Shown in pieces: positions 56,229 to 64,000 of a stretch of 64,000 nt of DNA. The notes beneath the pieces are model-generated. The model was given only the letters and a program-made list of their open reading frames with translations, searched no databases and was not told the DNA's origin. Position 1 is the first letter of the stretch. The number at the start of each line of letters is the position of its first letter. The stretch comes from Octopus sinensis (taxonomy: Eukaryota). The position numbers and the translations under genes are program-made. The DNA is taken from NCBI RefSeq assembly GCF_006345805.1, contig NC_042997.1, forward strand, positions 79,174,001 to 79,238,000, read 5' to 3'.

Positions 56229-59200
56229 CACATGCAAGTTGGTCCCAGTTGGGTTTACTGCAATGTAATGATCTATTAATAACTGAGCTCTTAATTATGG
56301 TGGATTAATTCTTTGAAGTTTATCAATTACACACACACACACACACATATATGCATATCTGGTGATGCTCCAATATGATTACACTCTAATGACTGAAAGC
56401 AGTAAAAGTATATACATATATGTATAATTTTTTGGTTTATTTAGTACATGAAAGTACTGTGGCTGCCTAACAAAGAAACTCTATAATAACTGCTATTCTA
56501 CTCCAATTGTAAACAAAAGCAGCAAACACTTTTCAAACTACACACTAATACTGAAATTATTATTAAAATTAAAACAAGACCTTCATAATGCATAATAGAT
56601 GACAGCTGGCACCAATGACCAAGTGACCATTCAAAAACACAGCAAACAGTGACTGAACAAGAGTAAGGTTTGGAAATGTTACGTTATTTATCTTACATGT
56701 AAATTATGCACAACTACAAATTTATGCTATGCAACTGCATATTGAGAACTAGAGTGCTATAGAAAAATAAACCCTTCCAATGTAATAGGCATGAGCCGCT
56801 AAAATAATTTAGTAAGACAAACAGTTATGGATCCAGGTAAAATTAAGACAAGGTGCAATGACTAAATGGAAAAGTTGTTGAATTTGGAGAATGAATGGCA
56901 ACATACAGAACCATTCTAGAAGCAGTAGCATAGATAACCAAGTAAGAAGATGAAGTGATAAGTGAAGAATGGAAAGGTAAAAGAATAGGCTGCACGAAGT
57001 TAAAGTATGAAGAAAATGACAGATCTGTAAACTGATGTTGAAAGAAGGTAGTAATCCGGTGGGTTAAGAGGTGAATACTGTCAGGTCTTTGTACAAAGGA
57101 AAAGGCAATCCCCTTCCCTTCACTGTGGGTCATATAGAGTAATTAAGTTATTGGAGCATTGAATTACCATATTTTCCGGTGTATAAGCTGCTATATGTTA
57201 CCTGGGAAATTAAGTGTGCGGCTTATAGAAAGGTGCATCTAATGTGTGTATTTTTTATAAGTTTCAGGAGGAAAGTAATTTATGTATGGAGATCGAATGA
57301 TTCCACTGATTGTTTTTTCAGAGGAAAGGTTGATTGGTGAACAACATCATCATCATCATCGTTTAGTGTCCGCTTTCCATGCTAGCATGGGTTGGACGGT
57401 TCAACTGGGGTCTGTGAAGCCAGGAGGCTGCATCTGGCCCAGTCTGATCTGGCAGTGTTTCTACGGCTGGATGCCCTTCCTAACGCCAACCACTCCGTGA
57501 ATGTAGTGGGTGCTTTTTACGTGCCACCCGCACAGGTGCCAGACGGAGCTGGCAAATGACCACAGACGGATGGTGCTTTTTACGTGCCACCGGCACGGGG
57601 GCCAGGCGAGGCTGGCAACGGCCACAATCGGATGGTGCTTTTTACGTGCCACGAACGGATGGTGCTTTTTATGTGCCACCGGCACGGGGGCCAGGCGAGG
57701 CTGGCAACGGCCACAATCGGATGGTGCTTTTTACGTGCCACGAACGGATGGTGCTTTTTATGTGCCACCGGCACGGGGGCCAGGCGAGGCTGGCAACGGC
57801 CACGAACGGATGGTTCGCTTACTTGTCACCGGCACTGGTATCACAGCCGCAATTTCCATTGATGTCGATCGACTTCGATTTTGGTTCTGCTTTCTGATAT
57901 CTGATTTGATTTGGTTTGATTTTGATTTTCACTTGCCTCAATGGGTCTTCACAAGTGGAGTTTTGTGTCCCAAGAAGGAAAGGTGTGTATAAGTCGACTA
58001 GCTACATACCAGGTAGAGGCCACGTGAAAGACTACTGCTACAGTACATTGGTACCCAGAAGAAAACAAAGCACATTTGTTTTGTTTTACCATCACATTTT
58101 GATAATGTCATTTTTAATCTAATAAAGACTTTAATATTGACAAAATGTGTTTGTTGTTGATTATATTAAGATAAAATCATAACATCTCTTAGTTGTAAAA
58201 TAAGGCATTTTGAAACTACATACACAACAACAACAAAAACGCTAGCTGCGGACCTGTAGCTCTATAGGTCTTTTAAACACCGGTGCACTTCATGTGTGGA
58301 TAAAACCAAAATTTCCCCCCAAATCCAGCTCTGCAGCTTAAATACCAATGTGTTTTATAGACCGGAAAATACGGAAATGTATTAGAAAGAATCTTAGATG
58401 ACATGGAAAAAAATGAAGATGAAATGCAATTTGCATTTATCTGATGAAAAGGAACACTTAATATAAATTTTTATTGTAAGACAATTCAGTCACAGGTGAA
58501 ATACAAGAGAAAGAAATGGTTAAGCTTGTTGATCAAGAGAAAGTTTTTAATACCATCTATGTGCAGTGATGACATGTATATTAAGAGTCAGGAGTGGAAG
58601 TATGGTTGGTTTAGAGTGGTCAAGTATGAGAAGTATGCAAAGGATGAATTTGAAATGAAAATTTGAGTACATCAAAGGTTAGTATTAAGCCAACTTACTG
58701 TTTGTCATTGTGATGGTGCTCATTCAAAGCATAAAAAAAGGTTTATCATGAGAGTGTACCACTCTCATGATAACCTTATATCAACAGTCGAGTGTATGAA
58801 TGGATTGAAGATGAATAGGTCAAAGAAATGTATGAAAGCAAAAGATTTGAAAGTGAATATGAGGGAAGTGGCAGTGTGCAGAAGTAAACTATTAAACATA
58901 GAATATGTACTCATCATCATCATTATCATTTAACGTCCACTTTCCATGCTAGCATGGGTTGGACGGTTCAACTGGGGTCTGGGAAGCCCGAAGGCTGCAC
59001 CAGGCCAGTCAGATCTGGCAGTGTTTCTACAGCTGGATGCCCTTCCTAACACCAACCACTCCGTGAGTGTAGTGGGTGCTTTTTATGTGCCACCGACACA
59101 GGTGCCAGACGAGGCTGGCGAACGGCCATGCTCGGATGGTGTTTTTTACGTGCCACCGACACAGGTGCCAGACGAGGCTGGCGAACGGCCATGCTCGGAT

Positions 59201-61358
59201 GGTGTTTTTTACGTGCCACCGACACAGGTGCTAGACGAGGCTGGCGAACGGCCACGCTCGGATGGTGTTTTTTATGTGCCATGGACACAGGTGCCAGACG
59301 AGGCTGGCGAACGGCCACGCTCGGATGGTGTTTTTTTACGTGCCACTGGCACGGAGGCCAGGCGAGGCTGGCACGGCCACGATCGGATGGTGTTTGTTAC
59401 GTACTGGGTGGATTAAGTGAATATGTAGTCATATGAGAGGGTTTGTAACTGATGTAGCTGTTGCACTGAAATGTAAGGCATTTTGAGAGAAACTGCAAAG
59501 ATAGAGTGAATGATGGCCTAGATTTTAGAATCTGCATTCAGATGAAAATATTTGGTTATCTAGAAGACATGTTAAATGGAGATTGTGGGATATAACTCAG
59601 TGATGGTGATTAAAATGAGATGAACAAGGAACAAGTTCTATGAACTGAGTGGTGTACTAATGAGAAGGGGTGTGTCACTGAAATTGGAAGTAAAGGTGTA
59701 TGTTGTAGATAGGAATAGAACCAGCAAAGGGTGTTGTGAATAGAAATGGGATAAAATAGCTGAGTCATGAGTGCAAGAAGGATGAAAGTGACTTGGTGAG
59801 AGGAATGATGAAAATGAATGTGGAAGACCAAGAAAAATATAAAGGAATGGAGAAAGAATTGAAAGCAAAGAGCAAAATAAAGACAAAGATTACAATGGGT
59901 CTGCAAGCTAAGCCCAGCATGAAAATGGTCTTAAGACACTTGCACATTTTTGTGTGTGTGTATATCCACATAAACACATGCTCACATATGTCCAACCTAT
60001 GCAAACATGGAGAAAGAAAACAAAAATGATGGTGAAATAGTGTAGTAAACAAGTGAAAAATCAAAAGTCATTAGAAGTGAGGAAATAAATAATCTGAAAA
60101 CCTAGCCAATTAGAACACATACACAACAATGCAAAGAGAGGAAGAGAGGAAAGAAAAAATGCAACAAGGAGACATTAGTAAGAAATTTGATACATAATCA
60201 CTTAAACAAGAATAAGACTAACAAATCATTATTTTTAACTAGCCAGGAAAAAGTCTACTTTTATTATCAAAATTCCTACTTTGAGAGTTTGAAGATCAAA
60301 CTACTAAATGCATGTGATTATAGCGTGTGTGTGTGTGTGTGCGTGTGTTTGTGTAAAGACTTTTTTTTATCAAAATGCAAGAATAAATGGATTTACTTGT
60401 CAAAATGATGACTGTATAGTTGGAGAGGAATTTTCAGCAGTTCATCATATAAGCACATTACATTTTGCAAATTTTTTTGTTGTTTTTCCCAGTGAATAAC
60501 TGAATCCCACAAGCGATCAGCACGGAAGTCAGTACCAGCAGCATTCAGAGCTTTTCTGTATAATCTGAAAACAAAAGCCAAAAAGATTAACTGCAAAGAA
60601 ATTTATGCACCATTGTTTTGGTTATTATAGTAAAATGTCTCCCTGCTGTTACTATCCTTTTTCATTACTCCTATCATTATCTCCTTCTCTTCACACTGGC
60701 ACTTGACATTCTCCTATACCATCTCTTATTTCCTACTCTGAGTATCTATTGCAGTCAACCTTGTACAAAGGTGAAGCTTTCCTTTCATCTTGCAGGATAC
60801 AAGACCTCACAAGTGCAGGTGCAATGATAAAACATCCCTTGTAAACTCTGTAAAGTGAATGATGAACAGGCAGAGATAAAGTTGAGAGAACCTTATACTC
60901 TTGTTTTTTTTTTGTTTTGTTTTTTTTTTAAACATGGCAACTTCTAGTGTTGGTGCCACAATAAAATGCACTCTGTATACTATTACATGACTAGTGTTAG
61001 GAAGGGTATCCAACCATACAAATTATGCCAAAGTAAAACATGAGTGAAGTATGGTCTCCAACTTGCAACTTGTTCAACCCATGCCAGTGTGGAAAGTAGA
61101 TGCAAAATGATATACAGTTAAAATATTTTAGAGAATATATATCACATTAAAAGTATTGAAGAAAAAGCAATTTTACTGAGAATTAAAAATATCAATGTTT
61201 GAAAAATCACACTGCAAAGTCATCAAACTTAAGATTAACACTACTTACTCCTGAATTCTCTCAACATTTTCACACTCTCTTGATTCAGTAACAGAAGAGA
61301 TGTAATGAAGCCAAAGTTCTACACTTAGAGGAATAGCCTTTACACCACGCTCAAAGAC
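36074..61358 (-). CDS. PRPF39: Pre-mRNA-processing factor 39 (HAT-repeat U1 snRNP-associated protein); 12 coding exons in window, 5' part outside window
   Basis: Exons joined by hand at GT-AG sites give 1653 nt (550 aa + stop). Diagnostic motifs match PRPF39 as I recall it: [107 protein letters not shown]. Confidence 0.96.
36214..36427. mobile_element. TTAA-flanked MITE (piggyBac-like ends)
   Basis: TTAAATCTTTAGCATT ... AATGCTAAAGGGTTAA imperfect TIRs. Confidence 0.55.
37123..37309 (-). CDS. PRPF39: PRPF39 exon ([13 protein letters not shown]...[11 protein letters not shown])
   Basis: 187 nt; acceptor aattttcAG, donor CAA|GTAAGT; phase 2/0; EDPLEKK resembles vertebrate EEPEEKK. Confidence 0.88.
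38939..39019 (-). CDS. PRPF39: PRPF39 exon ([26 protein letters not shown])
   Basis: 81 nt; acceptor ttcttttAG, donor GG|GTAAGT; phase 2/2. Confidence 0.94.
39390..39571 (-). CDS. PRPF39: PRPF39 exon ([15 protein letters not shown]...[17 protein letters not shown])
   Basis: 182 nt; acceptor cctttttcAG, donor AA|GTAAGT; phase 0/2. Confidence 0.95.
40365..40424 (-). CDS. PRPF39: PRPF39 exon ([20 protein letters not shown])
   Basis: 60 nt; acceptor attatAG, donor GAG|GTAAGT; phase 0/0. Confidence 0.9.
40541..40749 (-). CDS. PRPF39: PRPF39 exon ([10 protein letters not shown]...[14 protein letters not shown]...YSRFLSK)
   Basis: 209 nt; acceptor tgtttttgaAG, donor AAG|GTAATT; phase 1/0. Confidence 0.95.
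42270..42396 (-). CDS. PRPF39: PRPF39 exon ([42 protein letters not shown])
   Basis: 127 nt; acceptor ttttttatAG, donor G|GTAAGT; phase 0/1. Confidence 0.96.
43536..43700 (-). CDS. PRPF39: PRPF39 exon ([28 protein letters not shown]...LYEDFWLK)
   Basis: 165 nt; acceptor aattttcAG, donor AAA|GTAAGT; phase 0/0. Confidence 0.97.
44915..46724 (-). mobile_element. RTE LINE, 5'-truncated, in a PRPF39 intron; (TA)n on both sides
   Basis: 229-aa ORF 45866-46555 matches the RT of 24691-27255; same 3' UTR and (GAT)n tail. Confidence 0.93.
46798..48020 (-). mobile_element. Degraded mariner (DD34D-type) transposon
   Basis: [11 protein letters not shown]...[21 protein letters not shown]; TIR-like ends ACGAGGGGGGTACCCAAA / TTTGGGTACCCGCTCAT. 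Confidence 0.8.
48111..48221 (-). CDS. PRPF39: PRPF39 exon ([18 protein letters not shown]...[11 protein letters not shown])
   Basis: 111 nt; acceptor tttttttttcAG, donor GGG|GTGAGT; phase 0/0. Confidence 0.96.
48600..48800. other. GC/CpG-rich structured intronic island (regulatory element or ncRNA, unassigned)
   Basis: About 190 nt with much higher GC than its intron, 7-8 CpG, several nested stems; no transposon hallmarks seen. Confidence 0.45.
49401..49581 (-). CDS. PRPF39: PRPF39 exon ([26 protein letters not shown]...GVESEGGK)
   Basis: 181 nt; acceptor tttatttttccAG, donor AAG|GTATGC; phase 2/0. Confidence 0.94.
50680..51870 (+). mobile_element. Old degraded RTE RT fragment
   Basis: [34 protein letters not shown]...[19 protein letters not shown]; boundaries approximate. 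Confidence 0.8.
55113..55980 (+). mobile_element. maT-type (DD37D) Tc1/mariner deletion derivative
   Basis: WQQDSAPCH...[17 protein letters not shown] with 37 residues between the last two Asp; ends TA|CAGGGTGC ... GCACCCTG|TA. Confidence 0.85.
57167..58374. mobile_element. Non-autonomous Tc1/mariner-superfamily (pogo/Tc2-like ends) element interrupted by an RTE tail
   Basis: Ends CCATATTTTCCGGTGTATAA / TTATAGACCGGAAAATACGG; TA on the left. Confidence 0.65.
57345..58025 (-). mobile_element. RTE complete 3'-UTR copy without ORF
   Basis: Reverse complement of 27445-27994, with a higher-order repeat array. Confidence 0.88.
58912..59400 (-). mobile_element. RTE 3'-UTR copy with homogeneous about 57-nt tandem units, inserted in an older LINE remnant (about 58380-59900, +)
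   Basis: Same tail; candidate TSD GTACT; flanks show EMQFAF- and YLEDML-like RT residues. Confidence 0.8.
60397..60564 (-). CDS. PRPF39: PRPF39 exon ([19 protein letters not shown]...QLYSHHFD)
   Basis: 168 nt; acceptor ttttgttttcAG, donor AA|GTAAAT; phase 2/2. Confidence 0.96.
61249..61358 (-). CDS. PRPF39: PRPF39 exon ([36 protein letters not shown])
   Basis: 110 nt; acceptor ttttctccAG, donor GA|GTAAGT; phase 0 in, phase 2 out. Confidence 0.95.
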
Positions 61359-61722
61359 CTGGAGAAAAATATGTAACAGTTACAAACCAAGATAAATCAA
61401 GCCCTGCAAACAGGACCGAATAGAGTAAAGTAGTTGTAAAATGTTGAAAAGTAAATGGGGTAAAGTCGAGCAAGCCGAACAATTGGAAGTACAACCACGT
61501 GATTACCGTCGTCAACGAAGCTCTCCTGGCGACTGGCACAGTCAAACAGGGACAGTTGACGTTCATCTGTTGTTGACCCTGTAGTATTAGGGATTTTCTT
61601 GCTGCAAATCCATAGCCCTCCCTAGCAGTGGACAAGTTCAAAATTGTGAAATCTCACAAAAAATCTAAATCACGATTTCAGAGACCCTCACATCTGCCAG
61701 GTCTCCAGTAGATTCATTATGT
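61359..61722 (-). promoter_or_regulatory. Candidate poison exon / structured splicing-regulatory element of PRPF39
   Basis: Acceptor tttttctttgcAG followed by in-frame ACA TAA TGA; donor-like motifs at 61691, 61657 and 61506; about 10 CpG in about 300 nt versus nearly none in flanking intron; several hairpins. Confidence 0.6.
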
Positions 61723-64000
61723 CTGCAAAGAAAAATATTACATAATAACACAGTGAGAGCTTGATTCTAAACTAGGCACCTGGCATGAAGCAGGAAATAA
61801 TCAAAGATCTGTGTGTGTGTGTATTCATGTATTATAAATTGGGCATTCTCTAAAAAGTATTGAAGTTATGAAGTGGGTGGCAAATATCAAGTTACTTGAA
61901 ACTGAGTGTGTGTAAACATGTAAAACAGCATGTGAAAATATGTTTAAGTTATTAAGTTTAGAATAGAATGCATCAGTTCTGAGGAACTAGATAATAATAC
62001 TTTTAGAAACATTGTATGCTAAAAAACGTAAAACCATTTTAAAACCAAAAGATGTTAGACTTTGAACTTTACTCTATCGATGTCAGCATTTCTAAAAACC
62101 TTAACATCTTTTTCTACTATGTTGATATATTTAGGCAGTAAAATAATAGACTCAGAGCATTGGACAAAATGCCAGTGGCATTTCAAGTACAATCCTTTAT
62201 GTTCTAAGTTCAAATCCCACTGAGGTCAACTTTGCTTTTTGTACTTCTGAGGTCATTAAAAAAAAATACCAACCAGTCCAGTACTAGAGCTGATTTAATA
62301 TTCATATAAATGCATTCTAAATATCAATGGAATTGTACTAGAGTTTCTATTTTAGTATTATAATCTTCTTGCATATTATTCTAAATGGTAAAAACTTTTC
62401 TTTATTCCCATGCACCTTTTCATATATTTGGAGTGTTTAGACATGATGTGAGTTCTTGGGTGCCTTTAGCAAAGTTTACTGGATTGCAAGCATTCAAACC
62501 AGACCACCACCAGTTCACTCTCTATCCAGATTTTTCCTGCAGACATTGATCTACATGTTAGACATGGCATCAGATGTACTGATCTCAGGAGCCTGAGACT
62601 CTGCTCTCCTTTATCCTCAAACTTTTAAATATGCATATATAAATACATTAAGTATTTCATTATACAATTATTTCTGTGTAAATTTGAAAAGAAAAAAGTC
62701 AGTAGTGATTATGCAAAATAATTCATATAACCTACATGATTACAACTTACTAAAATAGTATTCAGAATTATGTTTCAAGTATAAAGAGTTATTGTTGGAT
62801 CTTAAAATACAAGATTATTACCTTTGACAGAGCAATTAAAAGAATCTAAAGACCACAGACAAGTACAAATGAACAAACATGTAAGCACTATCATTTGTCA
62901 TTACTAACATTTTCTGAAGAAACCTGGAAAAACACCCTTTAAGTAACAGACTTATATCACATTCAGATGAAATCAGAAGATTTATTACATAGCTGAAAAT
63001 GAGAACTTGCACTAAAGGATTCGGAAGAGGAGTAAATATTTTCTATTGTAAATAATGTTTCAAGTTGTTTGAGGATTTTTATGTCTCTGACGTATATTTT
63101 CATGAGTCAAATTTTCTAAAAATCAAAGTTCAAGATAGTCTAAATCAGAGATAAATGGAGAAAGAGTTTGATATTGTTAACTAGAAATTTATGTTGTCTT
63201 CAATCTTGTAAATAATAATATACAAGAGAAATTACTTATGAATAAAAAAATATTTAATTATTATCAGAATTATGACTACCCTCTCTCATTAAAAAATTAA
63301 ATAAACCAACAAAAAAGCTGTTATGCGATTGACCAACCTGCTAATACTACCAACCAAATTTCCATCAAACTGCACCTTGCTGTTTTAAAAAATGGAAAAC
63401 ACATTGGACAACATAGTCCTCGATGGTGCATTGTCTGAAAATCACAAGATGAGATATACACAGCTGGAAGGTTTTTAGAGTTGACACTGAGCTAAAGAAT
63501 AATAGATTTCGTTTACCAAGGGCATCCAACTACATGACTTGCTTCAACAATTTAAAGTTTCAAAACAATACATTAATGGTTATTTTATAGACATCTTCAA
63601 TAAATTATAGCTAGATTAGGTATCAAAGTTTGTTTACTTATCCAGCATATTTAATATTCATTTCATTCAACAGGAAACCTTTTTACAACAAAGCCAAATT
63701 ACTATTTTCTTTTGTACATGCACAGTATGTTTTCTTTGAACGAGTCAAAGAGGTGGTTTAGTCAATTATATTAAAAGAGCCTTTATGCAGCTACTCAACT
63801 GCCTAGAAATAGCTGTTAAGCTTCCCTTGGAGATATATCAGGAAAAAAATGCTCAGGGGATATAAAAACTACCAATAAATCTTTTGTCATGTCTGGAGAG
63901 ATGAAAGACAGGAGGAGAAAATTGAAGAATTTCAACTCAAATCTACAAGGTACTGAACTATATACAACAAAGCATCTAATTTGCCTCCCTACTGCTAATA

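Noticed and set aside
57500-59400. CRISPR-like look of repeated GTGGCACGTAAAAAGCACC motifs
   Set aside because: Eukaryotic context, the 'spacers' are homologous to each other, no cas genes, and the array is part of the RTE 3' UTR.
36146-61248. Possible U12-type introns in PRPF39
   Set aside because: All 11 donors are GT with U2-type consensus; none matches RTATCCTT.
61351-61641. 96-aa minus-strand ORF (MNLSTAREG...)
   Set aside because: No recognisable similarity, and out of frame with the PRPF39 exon it overlaps. Better explained as non-coding regulatory sequence.
61723-64000. Search for upstream PRPF39 exons (YPYCYGYWKKYAD region)
   Set aside because: Not found on the minus strand; presumably beyond the window, so no start codon or promoter is called.

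Overview
Eukaryotic, AT-rich, repeat-dense genomic DNA. The (TA)n tracts, abundant RTE LINEs and tRNA-derived SINEs look like an octopus/cephalopod genome (inference). One host gene is identifiable: PRPF39, a U1 snRNP-associated HAT-repeat splicing factor, on the minus strand. I reconstructed 12 coding exons by hand (61358 down to 36074). All have GT-AG boundaries and compatible phases, and they join into a 550-aa open frame. The N-terminal exons lie beyond the window end. The rest is transposon-derived: a young but broken RTE LINE and several older copies, a CR1-like LINE, a CRE-like (RLE) LINE, a Ty3/Gypsy remnant with both LTRs, mariner and maT remnants, MITEs and SINEs. A CpG-rich island at about 15.6-17.1 kb may be the promoter of an unidentified gene. 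Best leads: (1) a CpG-retaining, hairpin-rich candidate poison-exon cassette just upstream of a PRPF39 exon, whose acceptor opens onto ACA-TAA-TGA; (2) a second structured GC island in another PRPF39 intron, plus further stop-introducing alternative acceptors, together suggesting AS-NMD autoregulation; (3) a C4HC3 PHD-type finger inserted inside the RTE reverse transcriptase; (4) a SINE/CR1 partner pair sharing a 3' stem-loop with a compensatory base change; (5) a C/D-snoRNA-like pair of repeats. No database search or folding program was run, so family names come from motif recognition.
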